NCBI GenBank assembly: GCA_000002445.1
Contig: CP000070.1
Coordinates: forward strand, 992,001-1,056,000
Direction of reading: 5' to 3'
Length of the DNA: 64,000 nt
DNA from: Trypanosoma brucei
Taxonomy: Eukaryota
Part shown: positions 30,318 through 42,507 of the stretch, piece by piece
How positions within the stretch are numbered: position 1 is the stretch's first letter
Layout of the letters: each line of letters starts with the position of its first letter
The notes under the pieces: generated by a model
Told to the model about the DNA's origin: nothing
The model's input: the letters and a program-made list of their open reading frames with translations, nothing else
Database searches by the model: none
Made by a program: the position numbers and the translations under genes

Positions 30318-31832
30318 ATGTTTTTAAAGAAGACAATGTCGGGTGTGAGAGACCTGTCGAGGGGAAGACCAATCTCGCGTGTTATCCTGGATCGTTTCGC
30401 AGGTAGTATTTCGTCTGAGTCATTTTCCTTTGAGTCGGTCCTGGAAGATGCTTGCAGGAGAGCAAACGTCGCAGTTTCGGCGGCTCCAAGTTCCATTGCT
30501 GATATCAAATGGTGGCGCAAACTCTGCACCGCCTGTGGCAATAAGACATCTGCGTCACGATGCGGCCTTGCTATGTTGCGGCAGCGACTCGTACGAGCGC
30601 TATCGGAACGTTTAGCTACGGAGGAGGTGTTTCGTTTGAATGGATACGAAATTGGAAAGGAGATAGTGGACGAACCAGTGGTAGTGTTGGGGCTACCCCG
30701 CTGTAATGGACATCAAGCAGCTCATGTGCTTTCTCGCTCAGGGGTTTTTCTTGCCTTTAAGCAGTGTGATACGATATCTCCTTCACTTCTTCTTGATGTA
30801 GAGCGGCACGATGCATTCCAGCGAGAGTTTAGGTGGTTTAAATCCCTCTATCCCGACTTTTGCTGTGTACGGACAGTGAATCCCGGACAGATCGATGATG
30901 ACCTGACCTTGCAGTTAATGTGCCCACAGTCCTACGCTTGGGGACTTTTGCATGGGTTAGACGAATATCTATTGGAGTGTTTGCAGGAGGATCAAACTCC
31001 CGTGTACGAGCATATTAAACGCATGTGTCAGCTTTTTCAGTGGTATAAAAGATGCGGGCATTTTTCAGAATGTGTGTCTCAGGAAGTTAACCCGATTAAT
31101 AATGTTATAGAGGAGCAAAAATATGGCACCAAAAATCCACTGACGCGGACGCGGTGGCTTATCTTTAGCCCTCTTGCACTTTTGAGTATCGAATCGCTCT
31201 GTGAGGTGTTTCCTGATGTTAAAATTATCTGGGTTCACCGGGCACTTTCGCAGTGTATACCGTCGCTGTGCTCAGCTCTAGCTCTCCATAACAGTCTCTA
31301 CACGGGGAAACCCCCTAGTGATACCCAATTGGTGACGATGGGTGACAAGGTTCTGGGAATGTTTGGTTCTGGGACAGAACATGCCATTGACTTTCTTGCT
31401 AGTTTTGAAAAATCCAGGATGGTTCATTGGTCTAATCGTGATCTGAAGAGACACACAACCCGTTTAGCTACAAAAACCCTACAACACTACGGCATTGAAG
31501 TGGACAGATACCGTAAGATGCAAATGATTAACGGACAAACTGAGTACACGGAGGTGTTTCGACCACTCCATGATTCGCAAATGCGATACTTTGGTTTACA
31601 TGACGGCATTATCGGCGAAGTTTTTGAGCGCTATATTTATCAATTCGAGGAGTTTGCGTTCGAGCGTAAATATGGTGTCACTGTTGAAGAGTATCAACCC
31701 CTTGCAGCTGCTTCAGAGCAACAGTCTCTTGGATCGATGCGTGTGAATAGCGGAGAAAACAGTTTGCCATCATTTACTGATGATCAGCCGATGACAGGCC
31801 ACTTTTTGCAGGAGGGAAAGGGGTTTAAGTAA
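30318..31832 (+). CDS. hypothetical protein (504 aa), with a weak P-loop-type sulfotransferase resemblance (G-L-P-R-C-N-G)
   Basis: Long ORF preceded by a polypyrimidine tract. The segment V-V-L-G-L-P-R-C-N-G-H-Q-A-A-H-V-L resembles the 5'-PAPS-binding loop of sulfotransferases (e.g. G-V-P-R-S-G-T-T-L in TPST), but the match is weak. Product assignment is tentative. Confidence 0.5.
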   Translation: MFLKKTMSGVRDLSRGRPISRVILDRFAGSISSESFSFESVLEDACRRANVAVSAAPSSIADIKWWRKLCTACGNKTSASRCGLAMLRQRLVRALSERLATEEVFRLNGYEIGKEIVDEPVVVLGLPRCNGHQAAHVLSRSGVFLAFKQCDTISPSLLLDVERHDAFQREFRWFKSLYPDFCCVRTVNPGQIDDDLTLQLMCPQSYAWGLLHGLDEYLLECLQEDQTPVYEHIKRMCQLFQWYKRCGHFSECVSQEVNPINNVIEEQKYGTKNPLTRTRWLIFSPLALLSIESLCEVFPDVKIIWVHRALSQCIPSLCSALALHNSLYTGKPPSDTQLVTMGDKVLGMFGSGTEHAIDFLASFEKSRMVHWSNRDLKRHTTRLATKTLQHYGIEVDRYRKMQMINGQTEYTEVFRPLHDSQMRYFGLHDGIIGEVFERYIYQFEEFAFERKYGVTVEEYQPLAAASEQQSLGSMRVNSGENSLPSFTDDQPMTGHFLQEGKGFK

Positions 31833-32200
31833 CTAATGGTGCTTTGGAGGTTATGTTATCGGCTCGTAACGTTTTGGCTACTTGACACGTAATCGTTTAT
31901 TGTCATCACCAAGCAAGAACATCACATTTGGTTTAGATGTTTTTCTGTCATTGCCTCTTCTTCACCCACTCTGTGCATGGGTTGCTGCAACCCACAGTCA
32001 CACGCTTTTCTTTCTCTTCCCCTTCCACGTGGCGCACGTTATTGTCTTCACCCCCTAGTCAAGTAGGGCTCAAAACGGGGGGATTTCTGTAGTATATATA
32101 TTTCATCTTGACCACCGGCGAAGACTTGCCTCAACAGCACTGTGGATTAAAAAGAAATTTCTAGAGAAGGAACGCCGTCACATTTTTGCTGTGATAAACG

Positions 32201-33163
32201 ATGACCGAGGGGCGTTTTGAAACTATTCATAATCTCAGACCCAAAAATTGGGACGGCCGCCGTCACTGGACGAATTGGCATCACCTTTATGACTGTGAGA
32301 AGGATCACTTAGCGCGGGAGAGCTGTCCGTTCCACGATCTTCGTTCTGGTGGCCAGTTTCAGTATGAAAATTGGGGAGGGGGTGAATTCAAACCGTTAAT
32401 ACCGCCTAATCACCTAAACAATCGGCCATGTGGCGACCGAATGGACTTCTCGAAGGGACACGGGACACAAATCGGTGGACTTGGGGATATCCCACTTGAT
32501 GTTGAAGGAGGCAAACCGACGCAACACAACAAGCATCCAGGAAAAACTGTAATGTTTACGAGGAAGGACCCTCTTAAACGTGGCTTGTTTAGTAGTTACC
32601 CTTACATACCGGAAGCATCCACGGGGGCAGCGTCTGCTGGTGGACCAGCCGGTCCAAACATCAAGACGGGAAAGGTTAACGTCTTTGGTCAGGCACCGGA
32701 GTGGATAGCAGATCCATATGACGGGAAGACTGACCGTGGTCGCATTTTCCACTTCAAGGCAGGGCCGCTAAATTACAGACCTGACGACAGATTGGCGTGG
32801 ATGCCTGAAGGGGAGCCGGAGAGGCGGAAAAAGCGAATCCACGGCGTTTTCCGTGCTGGAAAACCTTGTGGTATTATCAACGATGTAGAGTGGGTACCGG
32901 ACCCACTGCAAGAGGCGAAAGTGAAGAAGCAAGTGCGACCCTTCCGGACGTGGCACACACGAACGAAATGGTCTATGCCAACACATGCACCGTGGTCAAC
33001 AGGCAAAATAACAGCTGAACCGTTTCGTGGTCCTAACTTGAATATCACACAGTCTGGTTTGCCATGTTTGGATACTTTCAAAAGAGTTAACATGACACAA
33101 ACCATCGGCAAAGAGGCGGCGCTCGCGCCCGTGGAGTTGCCGGGGCCCGCAAGGCTCAAATAA
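32201..33163 (+). CDS. hypothetical protein (320 aa), Gly/Pro/Trp-rich
   Basis: ORF on the cluster strand with non-repetitive composition. No domain recognised. Confidence 0.55.
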   Translation: MTEGRFETIHNLRPKNWDGRRHWTNWHHLYDCEKDHLARESCPFHDLRSGGQFQYENWGGGEFKPLIPPNHLNNRPCGDRMDFSKGHGTQIGGLGDIPLDVEGGKPTQHNKHPGKTVMFTRKDPLKRGLFSSYPYIPEASTGAASAGGPAGPNIKTGKVNVFGQAPEWIADPYDGKTDRGRIFHFKAGPLNYRPDDRLAWMPEGEPERRKKRIHGVFRAGKPCGIINDVEWVPDPLQEAKVKKQVRPFRTWHTRTKWSMPTHAPWSTGKITAEPFRGPNLNITQSGLPCLDTFKRVNMTQTIGKEAALAPVELPGPARLK

Positions 33164-33766
33164 GTTGTAGAGATGTATTAGATTCTTCACTGGCAGCGGT
33201 CACTGACGAAGATTTGTGTCTACTGGCACTCACAAGCATGTAAGTTTGTGCTATCAATAGGCGCTTTGGAAGCTTTGGGCGATTTTAACACCTAGCATGA
33301 TTGTTTTGCCGGGATGCTGAGTTTGCTCATCTGCTCTTCCATGTTGTTTCGTAGCTTTCTGTAATGCAGTGCCAGCTTTATTAACGAGGAAACGCGCGGC
33401 AGGTTATATTGCGGTGTCGAGAAAATTTCTTTAAAATCCTATTGCGCTTTCCTGTTAATATTTCTTCGGCCTCATTTGAGAGTACGTACCGGGGGAAAAA
33501 TACAACATTTGGCTCTTGGTACTTGCTCCGGATGATGCTGTGGACTTCACTCTTTTTCTGGGTTGGTATTTGATGTACAGGCATGCAGCCGCTGCGTTAC
33601 TATCACTTCGAGAAGGTCTGCGTTTTTTTCTGTCATGCCGTTAGTTTGTTGGATCCCATCGTGTACACGAGCAAGCATATGTATCCTTGAGCATAAGTAT
33701 ATACTGATGGTCGTCATCATTTTTGTGTTTTTGCATCCACACGTTTTTTTTAAATAATGACTTCAC

Positions 33767-36700
33767 ATGCCACTGTGGTTTATATGCGGTTTGTTCAGTG
33801 TTGACCTTGTTTTGGAGATGACTTCTCCCCGTCATTTGTTGTTCTGTGCCAAGCAAGGAAACATAAGAAGAACGTGGACCTTTCCCTCACTTTGCGCTCC
33901 CAGGTATGGGTACTCAAGGCCAGTGATGATGTTTTTTTCTCTGTGCCGTAGATGTGCCGGTGTCCTGGGGTTTATGGGAAATGAAAAACCCGTGGAGGGA
34001 CGGAGTGTGGGGGTGGTGGGCTCTGCTATCCCGAACTACGTTGGTGTGGAGCCGCCACCGTTCAAAAGGGGTGTAAGGGCATTATCAGCCGGTCCACTGA
34101 CCATTCACATGCAGAGGCGACCCTATCGGGTGACACCGACACCTGAAGAGCCTTATTCCTTACCTGCTCGGGTGCGCGAACTGACCCGGTCAAATCAATG
34201 GCAGGACGCAATTCATTTAATTTATACCTTAACACACCTGTCATCTTCTGAGCATTGTTCGGAAGCACAGGAGTGTAGTGGAAAAAAGACTGGTGTGTCT
34301 GACGTTTTTGAAATGTTTCTCTTCGAGTTTCTGCGCAGCGGCCACGTAGAGAGCGCGTTTGCCGTTTGGAGGAAATGCTCGACGAATCTTAAATTCGACC
34401 CTGGATCGGAACTTTTGATGAAGTTCGCAACTTTTTCCCTTGTCGTGGATGGAAAAACTCAGGAGTCGTTGGATCTTGCATTGATGGCGCGACAGTCGCA
34501 GAGAGAGGGGGATGCTCCCGGTGAGGACTTCGTGGAATACGGTATGTCATGGATATTGCTTTGCACCAAACTCTCGGGTACAACAAAAATTGGTGCAAGT
34601 GATGTCGCTGAAGTGCAAAATCTAGCGGAGAAGTTGTTCGTGCGCTGTTGGTTCCAACCACAACAATCATCGGGCGAGGGAGTCAATCAATTCAAGACAA
34701 GAAAACTTCGATTTATGTTGCACGGTATGGTGGCACTTGTGTCGCTGGAAGGTGGGTTAGAAGTGCTGCGGAGGCTAAGCACTAGGTACCATGGTGGCGC
34801 CAGTGATTCTGTCTTCCAGGAATTTGTTAGTCTGGCGGAAATTTTTGAGTCAGACAACCACAAGAACAAAGCTGCCCATACGTTAACGGCAGCTCCCCTG
34901 CCTTCCATGTTGATTCACCTGTTCCCTCTGCCGCTGCCGCCATCCGGGTTGGTGGTATTTCGTTATCTCTTCTGCGACGACGACGACGCACCTTCGCGAC
35001 GTGAACCGCCTCAGCCTCGTTTGCTCTCCCACAGAACTGTAGGAACCACCTTTCTGGAACGTTTGGTTGAAAACGGTTCAGTGGATTCATTTCTGCGTTC
35101 TGCAGTGGAGCACGATATTAGTGAGTCATGCCCTTCACTCCTGACGCGTGTAATGCAGTCCCAGCTCGGGGCTAATGCTCGTGTGCTACCTACAGTGTTT
35201 GGACGCCAACTCCTTCCCTCGGTGCAGAGGGCTCTTCGGAGTCGTCCAGCGGCTGGGACACTGCATTTATTGCTGCTACGTTTTCTGTCGCGTGTGCTAG
35301 GGCCTTTTCTAGGAACAAGGGCTGGCAAAGGTTCCCACATGGAATTCCCAGCTGGAGGTGGTAGTATCGCATCTAGCGCAGTTTTTTATATTGAACTTCT
35401 TGGTTGTGTCGCAGCCCTTGTCCCAACCTCCGGAATAAGAGCCTGGCATCGCTTTGTTCAACGCGTAACACGTGCTATTATTAGAGAATGTGGCAGCGTT
35501 TCTGGAGCTGCTATCCCCTCTCTATTGCAAGTGCAACTTCATACGCAATGGTTTTTGCCGGAGTTACTTACGTATGTGGACACGACCCGCGAACGTGATA
35601 TGTACTTCGCCTGTCAGCATCCGTTAATGCAGAGCCGTGAAAGAAACTGGGACCGCATTCTCTGCGCACTTATCTGGGAGTGCCATGGGAAACCGGTTTC
35701 TGCTTATGAAGGCACTGGTTCTGTCAGCTGGCACCGCCACGCTGGTGGTTTGGTGCGGTATGCAGGTGAGGAAGACCGAATACGTGCTTTTGAGGGCGCA
35801 CCTCCATTCTTCGACGTGAAGCGCTCGTTTGTACAGCGGGTTGTACGTTGGCAGTGGTTGCTAGAAAGTCTCTGGCAACTCGTTGGGTATAAAAATGGAG
35901 ACAGAAACCATTGCAGTTGGGAAGAGTTGTTGTGTGCGTGTTCCAGAATTCTGTCGAACTGTCGCAAGTATCACCGTGGTGATATTGTGAGAGATTTCGT
36001 AGACGTGCTTTTTTTACCTGCCGCTTCCTTTGTGTCTCCGCGCGGATCAGAGTGCTGTCGCAGGACCAACGTGCTCACACTGCTTTCAACATGTGCGGAC
36101 AGCGGGTGTGGGACAGCTGAGTCTGTGACCCTTGCACGGTGGTATTTTTTAAATGAGCTTTCGTTGTGGTTCACAACTCTCCATGTATCGGGAAGATTTC
36201 GTGCACTGGGTGACGTTTTGCAACCGGGGCCGGACCGCACGGCGCAGCGCTTTGCGCTGCTGCGCAATTACGTGTCTAGTGTTTCAGCAAACATAAGCAG
36301 ATCCGGCGAGGTTTGTAAGAATAAGCGGCAGCAGCTGCAGGACTTGCTGACCTACTACAACGAAGTATGCAAGAGTGATAATTCGCTTCGGACGCCGCAG
36401 CTGCTCTCTCCACTCGCTTCCGCTCTGAGGCGGGCAGACTTACTGGATTCTCTTGAGGAACTTATTAAAGTCAGCCTGTCGGAGCTGTCCGGTGGCCTTC
36501 GTGGGCGTAGCGGCACCCGAGCGGCACTAAAGAAGCTTCTTTTTTTCCACGATTTTCACCGCGGTTCTGCGGTTTGTGCTGAGTCTGGGTGTACCTCGCA
36601 TGTCACCGATGAGAACTATCATGGCGCTGCAGTGGCAGTTGCAAACATCGCGGAGGTGTACATTCTTATGCTCTTGGAACACGGCCATCTGGAAACAGTT

Positions 36701-38125
36701 GAGAAAATCTTGTTACGACCACCTGCGTCTCACTCCCTGCAGGACCCTGCGACAGAGGTAGCGTCGCCAACGCACGGGGGAGCGGACGGTTTCTTGTCAC
36801 CCCTCCAGTTTGACATAACCCTTCTCATGCCATCGACAAACCGTGAAGCAATGCAGTTGCTTTTTTTCCTGTATCTAGCGCAGGAGAAAAATGTTTCGTG
36901 TTGGCGTGTGCTTGACAAACTACCCAAGTACGGAGCGAGCGCTGCTGGCGTCGTTGCCGTAGTTGGCCGTCTGGTATCGCAGGAGAAACATCTTTTTGGT
37001 CAGTTTAGCCGTACAGCAATTCGGTTGGCGGACGGTTCTTTACACCCTAAAACTGCCGGTACCATTATCTACGGTTCGAACAGAGGGTGCATCCAAAATA
37101 AGCCTCAGATGGTGGCTACCGTTATTGGGGGGGAGAAGCGGGCCTCTAATCTAAAAGACTTAAACCACCTGATCAACAACGGTGATTGGGTACTAGCGCT
37201 GCGCAGCATACCATTTGTTCTTACAGATCCTCTGCACATCACGCGAAAGGCGTTATTGGTTTGTGAGGCAGTACCGCATGGAGCGGCTTGGGAAGGTGCT
37301 GTTAGGGTATTTGTCAGGGCGAACCATATTTGTACTGACATTTCTCACGGTGTGCATTGTATGAAGGAACACACATGTTTGTTCCCAGTTATGGGGATAC
37401 AGGAGATTGGTCGCTTGTTGACTTTACTTGCTAGCGCGAGGCGTTGGCAGGAGTCACTGCAAGTTTTTGAATCTGTTGGTTCCCATGCTGTTGATGGGTA
37501 CATGTTCGCAGAGACCTGTTTTACCCTTCGGTCAAGTGGCCACCCCGGGTTGGCCGTTGATCTCTGGGCCATGTGGCGAGCTGCGGTTGGGGATGCCGTG
37601 GCCCCTACACCACGAATGTGTGGACAGTTTTTAGCCTGCGGTGTTGTGGGTGATGTGGATGTAGCGGATGCAGCTTGTGTGATGGTGAGGGAAGCCACCA
37701 TCCCGAAGTACGGAACCTGGTCGTCAGCAAAACCGGAGCTGCCTGCCTCAGATGAGAAGTGTTCGTCTTCACCATGTGTAGTTACTATCCCAGGGACTGA
37801 ATTAGCTCTGTCTTTCGAAAGGGAGGAAGATACCGTCGCCACTTTGTTACGTGATCGATGGAACGGGAGCTGGCAGGACGCCCTCCAAATGGCCCTCGCC
37901 AGCGGGAGGTCGCGGATTATTCAAGAAGTAGCCAGAAAGTCCCCTCGTAATCACTCTATTTACAAAGCCGTGGTTGGGTGGGCTGCGAAGGAGCAGCGTC
38001 AACTTTCCGTAGCGGAGCGTTGTGCGATTGCGGGGCACTTGATTACCAATCCGGTTTCGGATGGAGGAGAGTACGACCGAGTGGGTCGTGTCCTTGAGGA
38101 GCTACTCGGTAGTGAAGACGATTAG
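33767..38125 (+). CDS. large hypothetical protein (up to 1452 aa), alpha-helical-repeat character and possibly PPR/TPR-like; true start may be an internal Met
   Basis: 4.3-kb ORF. Repeated hydrophobic helix-pair patterns (e.g. W-Q-D-A-I-H-L-I-Y-T-L). Alternative Met MMFFSLCRRCAGVL has a presequence-like composition. Polypyrimidine tract at 33700..33760. Confidence 0.65.
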   Translation: MPLWFICGLFSVDLVLEMTSPRHLLFCAKQGNIRRTWTFPSLCAPRYGYSRPVMMFFSLCRRCAGVLGFMGNEKPVEGRSVGVVGSAIPNYVGVEPPPFKRGVRALSAGPLTIHMQRRPYRVTPTPEEPYSLPARVRELTRSNQWQDAIHLIYTLTHLSSSEHCSEAQECSGKKTGVSDVFEMFLFEFLRSGHVESAFAVWRKCSTNLKFDPGSELLMKFATFSLVVDGKTQESLDLALMARQSQREGDAPGEDFVEYGMSWILLCTKLSGTTKIGASDVAEVQNLAEKLFVRCWFQPQQSSGEGVNQFKTRKLRFMLHGMVALVSLEGGLEVLRRLSTRYHGGASDSVFQEFVSLAEIFESDNHKNKAAHTLTAAPLPSMLIHLFPLPLPPSGLVVFRYLFCDDDDAPSRREPPQPRLLSHRTVGTTFLERLVENGSVDSFLRSAVEHDISESCPSLLTRVMQSQLGANARVLPTVFGRQLLPSVQRALRSRPAAGTLHLLLLRFLSRVLGPFLGTRAGKGSHMEFPAGGGSIASSAVFYIELLGCVAALVPTSGIRAWHRFVQRVTRAIIRECGSVSGAAIPSLLQVQLHTQWFLPELLTYVDTTRERDMYFACQHPLMQSRERNWDRILCALIWECHGKPVSAYEGTGSVSWHRHAGGLVRYAGEEDRIRAFEGAPPFFDVKRSFVQRVVRWQWLLESLWQLVGYKNGDRNHCSWEELLCACSRILSNCRKYHRGDIVRDFVDVLFLPAASFVSPRGSECCRRTNVLTLLSTCADSGCGTAESVTLARWYFLNELSLWFTTLHVSGRFRALGDVLQPGPDRTAQRFALLRNYVSSVSANISRSGEVCKNKRQQLQDLLTYYNEVCKSDNSLRTPQLLSPLASALRRADLLDSLEELIKVSLSELSGGLRGRSGTRAALKKLLFFHDFHRGSAVCAESGCTSHVTDENYHGAAVAVANIAEVYILMLLEHGHLETVEKILLRPPASHSLQDPATEVASPTHGGADGFLSPLQFDITLLMPSTNREAMQLLFFLYLAQEKNVSCWRVLDKLPKYGASAAGVVAVVGRLVSQEKHLFGQFSRTAIRLADGSLHPKTAGTIIYGSNRGCIQNKPQMVATVIGGEKRASNLKDLNHLINNGDWVLALRSIPFVLTDPLHITRKALLVCEAVPHGAAWEGAVRVFVRANHICTDISHGVHCMKEHTCLFPVMGIQEIGRLLTLLASARRWQESLQVFESVGSHAVDGYMFAETCFTLRSSGHPGLAVDLWAMWRAAVGDAVAPTPRMCGQFLACGVVGDVDVADAACVMVREATIPKYGTWSSAKPELPASDEKCSSSPCVVTIPGTELALSFEREEDTVATLLRDRWNGSWQDALQMALASGRSRIIQEVARKSPRNHSIYKAVVGWAAKEQRQLSVAERCAIAGHLITNPVSDGGEYDRVGRVLEELLGSEDD

Positions 38126-40470
38126 AACCTGTGGTGTTTGAGGCATGATGGTCTACCCCCCGCCGTGCTCCTCACCAGCCATTTCTCATTGTTCCATGTG
38201 GCGAGCCCGCTACCTTTTTGCCCCTTTCTAAGTTGTGGCTGGTTTCAATTTCCAATTATTGTAATGCGAGCCTGCTGATAACTGCTCAGGGGAGACAATA
38301 AACGCATCGGGTCATTATGCACTTCACGGATACAAACACACACACGCACACACACCTCGTTTGACTTCTTTTTTTTTCCTTTGTGCTTCAAAGTGGCGCC
38401 GTTGGTTACAACATTTTAATTCAATGTAGAGCAAGGTGTGGTGCACCAGTTGTTGAAAGAAGGACCATATCTTGTCTGTGGTGGTGCGAAGAACCGTGCT
38501 TGCAACCCTGTGATACTGGTCAATTCGCCGTGGCGCCATGGGCTGGCACCTTGCGCAAGTAAAATAACAAAACCGGACGTAATCAGCCAACCTCATCAGA
38601 ATCAGGATGCGGCGGAAGAGTTGCGCCGTCACTCCCACAATGCGGCGTTCAGCAGACTCGTTACAGAGTAGCCAATAGCCCTTATAAGGGTCCCCGTGTG
38701 CGTGCAGTTGCGCTATCGACGGCCACTCGTGCAGCAATGCGATTTTTTAATTATTCCTGCGACGAACTGTAAAGCCTCTCACCACCACGATTACTCTCAC
38801 TTTTTATCTCAACTGACCCACGACCATCTACCAATTGACCTATCACAGTGCGCGAAAAGGGTGCCTGTCCGCGGCGGGCGGAGGGTATCCAATGGAGGTG
38901 TTTTTCTTTTTGCATGCAGCACACCACACAGAGGGGTGTATTGGGTTCATACACAGACCATTTGGAGGGTATACTTCTCGTTCTGTTTGTTGCTCTCGCG
39001 CAAATAATCACAATAGCGGTTGCAACAGTCGTTATGTGTTTTTAACACCCATTATCCTTTAGGGCCCGTTAGTATTGGACGCTTTGGCACCTTGTTTGTC
39101 GCTTCTGATTGCTCTAACTTTGATGGACATTCGAGACAGCAAATCTTTTACTTATACTTCAGAGTATCGGCACAAAGGAACGGTGAGGAGCGACTGCGGC
39201 CGTACGTAGGGGAAACTTACCTTCCCGCCTCTGCATGGCGTGCCGTTTGTGTTGTTTCGAGAGCTTCGGGGTCGTGGATATATATATATATATATATATT
39301 TTCGTTGGGTTGGACATAAGCCTCCTTATGGTGCCTTTGAGGCTCATCATCACGCATTTTGTGGGAGTGGTCATTATGCCTCATTTTAATGACGCTCCTC
39401 GAGTCTGAAGTATGTTTTGGAGGAAAGTCCCCGTTACCATGGCCATAAGCACTACTTTTTATATGTTATTGATCACTGCAGCAGCGGGCTCCAATGTTGT
39501 GGGCTCACACAAAGCAAAACTGCCCTCCTCGTGTGTGTGTGTGTGTGTGTGTGGACGTAACTACAGCGAGATGTTCATTGTTACCGGAAAGGACATCAAT
39601 TATTGTGCGTGGTGGAGGGTTTACGGGACCTTGAACGGGTTAGTATGTGTGGCTGCTGAGTGAAATCGGTTCCCAAAGCACTTCATTTTTCCTGATTTCA
39701 TAATGTCAATAAAGTTGTGGCAGGGATGGCGTGCGTGCACGTATGGCTTGAAGCAACGGGTGGGTAGCGTTACCAACATGGGAATGGGCGAGGCTTTTTT
39801 ATTCTCGCCACTAGTGCTCATTGCATTATTGGATCCACATACATTCACTATGGCTTTTTTTTTGGAAAATATCTCACCTTCCTTCGTGGACTTTTTGGTC
39901 TCGGGGGTAGTGTTTCCGGTTGCTGTCTCCATAGCCAATAAATGATGTTCCATCTATTTTTTGTTTAAGTTTTGTTACGCTTGGCTGCTTGCACCTGCAG
40001 AAGCCCACGGGGCCTGTCTCTTAACTCACCTTTTTTTTCGGTGCGTGTGCCTGCGTGTAGAATTACTCAATTGCCACCCCATTCATTCGTTCATCAAACA
40101 TATGTGTTTGAATACATATGCGTGTGTGCTTGAAGAATCAGGTTTCTCAACCTTGTTGAGCCCGGAACGAGCACCTATCTTTGCTTCCTCTTCCTTGTTT
40201 TGGGTGGAACTCCCCCACCCTTTGGATGCTCGTTCGTCCGTTCGGTTCCACTATTTTTTTTCTTTGCATGTTTGTGCTACCGAGGGTCGAAGGGGTAAGA
40301 TAGGAAAATCTACCTGTTAGGACGGTGCCTGCGGAATATACGTGTGACAGAGAAAAGTAGCGTTGGGTGCGAACACCGAGAGAGTATCTGTCATCAATTC
40401 AGATCTCGGCGAGTAACATTTATCGAATAAGACCTGTCGTACTCGTCACTCACTCTGTGGCAGAATACAA

Positions 40471-41466
40471 ATGGATCACGATCAACTATACGACTCTCCC
40501 CAGTCTGCTAAAGACTCCCTTCTCGACATGACAGCGCTTTTGATCGTAACGTTTGCGCAGCGTGCAGTTATGGCTCCGTCGTATCGTGTAACGTTACTGG
40601 CCACCGTAGAAGGTGAGTTGGTGCGGGAAGGCCGGCTACCACCAAAGGGGTTTGGCGGAGTGTTTGGTTGCATAAAGCGTTTGTATGTCAAGGAAGGCGT
40701 AAGGTCATTTTTCCGTGGTCTTTTAACTGACGCTGTGCTCTCTCTCCCTGCGACCGTTGTTGAGAACATAAGCTCTACGTTGGTGTCTTTCGCGTTGCAG
40801 GTGGCCATCCCTGTCAGGCTCGTCGAGTCGATGAACCCGTGGACTTACTTGACTCTTTCACTCAGCTCCACATCCGCTGCAGTTTTACTCGCAACCCCTG
40901 CCACGGGCCTACACAGCACAATAGTGACGAACTACGTGGCTGACATTGTTGCACCTGTTCCCTCGGAGAAGTCCAAAAATCCTGACAAGGATGACGGTGA
41001 AAACAACAAGGAGATTAAGGAAGGCGAGAAGGGGGGTGAGGAATCGTACCGATATGCTACAGCTACGGAGGCGGTGGCGAGCATATTCCGACGGTGGGGA
41101 TTCAGCGGTTTCTATCGTTGCATCGGTGCCGATGCTATTGCAGTCTTTCTGTACAGGGGAACCTATTATTACGGGTTGCAGCTGTTACCCAGCACCCTGC
41201 ATAATCGCTTCCCTTATGGCATAAGCCGATGCCTCGCCGTCGTTGCTGGTTTCTTAACTCAACCATTTGAAGTTGTTAGTCGCCGCATGCAACTCACTGC
41301 TTCCTCCACAACGGGTCGCCGCTACAAGGGGATGCTCCACTGTGCCCGCACAATTGTTGCGGAGGAGGGATATACGGCTTTGTGGGCGGGGATGCAAGCA
41401 CGGCTACTGGTGACCTGTGTGGGTGTGGCGGTGCTGGAACTGCATCGCCATTTCTGGGCCGTTTAG
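40471..41466 (+). CDS. mitochondrial carrier family (SLC25-like) protein, divergent (331 aa)
   Basis: Three repeats of the carrier signature G-x-x-x-[FWY]-[RKA]-G: G-V-R-S-F-F-R-G-L-L-T-D-A, G-F-S-G-F-Y-R-C-I-G-A-D-A, G-Y-T-A-L-W-A-G-M-Q-A-R-L. Six hydrophobic segments in a tripartite arrangement. Confidence 0.65.
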   Translation: MDHDQLYDSPQSAKDSLLDMTALLIVTFAQRAVMAPSYRVTLLATVEGELVREGRLPPKGFGGVFGCIKRLYVKEGVRSFFRGLLTDAVLSLPATVVENISSTLVSFALQVAIPVRLVESMNPWTYLTLSLSSTSAAVLLATPATGLHSTIVTNYVADIVAPVPSEKSKNPDKDDGENNKEIKEGEKGGEESYRYATATEAVASIFRRWGFSGFYRCIGADAIAVFLYRGTYYYGLQLLPSTLHNRFPYGISRCLAVVAGFLTQPFEVVSRRMQLTASSTTGRRYKGMLHCARTIVAEEGYTALWAGMQARLLVTCVGVAVLELHRHFWAV

Positions 41467-42507
41467 AGGATGTGGTGACGAAGCGTGAAGGTGCGTGGTC
41501 AGTCTCATGGTGTGAATAAGGGGAAGAAAATGTCTTACATAACAATGGAAAGGGTAAATGGTAGGGGGGAGGGAAAGGTGAAGAGAAGGGGGGGGGTGAG
41601 GGCATGAGTTCAAGGGGCGCAACAGCAGGGGTTGAGGGTGAAACTAAGTTTTTTTGAGTGCTTGTGTGTGTGTGTGTGTGCAGCGGGTTGACAGCCGCTC
41701 TGGGCTTGGTCGATTAGTGCGTACAAGTCTTGATGCATCCGGGGGGCACTTACCGTTGTCTTACGCGCCGAAGTGGACCACCATGCATTGTATCGTCTTT
41801 ACCCCTACCCTTCTACTGTTCTGTCTGGAGCCAGGGGTAGTGGCAACACCCTTATTTGACGGAAAGTTAGGGTTGAGAGAAAATGAGTGTTTGGGAGCAA
41901 GGAAAGTGTGGGGTGCGTGCCATGTTGCAGTTGACACTCCACCCGTTGCACCTGCGCAGATCGTTATCTATCTTGGGCTCTTGCCGTTTGTTTGCCTCCT
42001 TTTGCCACTCTTCATACTGAAACAGACATGTTACTCTGCAGTTGACCCCCTCCTTCACCCGAACATAACGGTCCAGCGTGGAGGAAGTCGTGGATTAGGT
42101 TACGTTATGCCCGAGTTCATTTATTCCTTCGTTTTTTTTTCAAATTGTAGTGGCCCACTGTAGCTTCGCGCTGCACATACATCTCTTCCTCCACGGTTCA
42201 TTTCATGCTAAATTACCGACGAACTCTTTTCTTTTCTTCCGTGCCTGAACATCTTGGTCATAGTTTATGTTTGCAAACTTGTGGTCGCGTTCGTGCCTAC
42301 TGTTTTTTCTTTGGAAGTACACGACGCAGCAGAAACGAGTTAACAGACACTGGTAGCAGCAGCAGAAGTGAAGCAGATTGACTGCGGTTAATTAAGTTAA
42401 GGCAGAAACGTACGCACCTGCGGCTGGAACGCCGGAGAGCGTGCTTTTTTTGCGCATTCACAGGGCGGAGAAAGGCACAGAGCAAGGACTGTGTGTAACT
42501 GTGTTGC

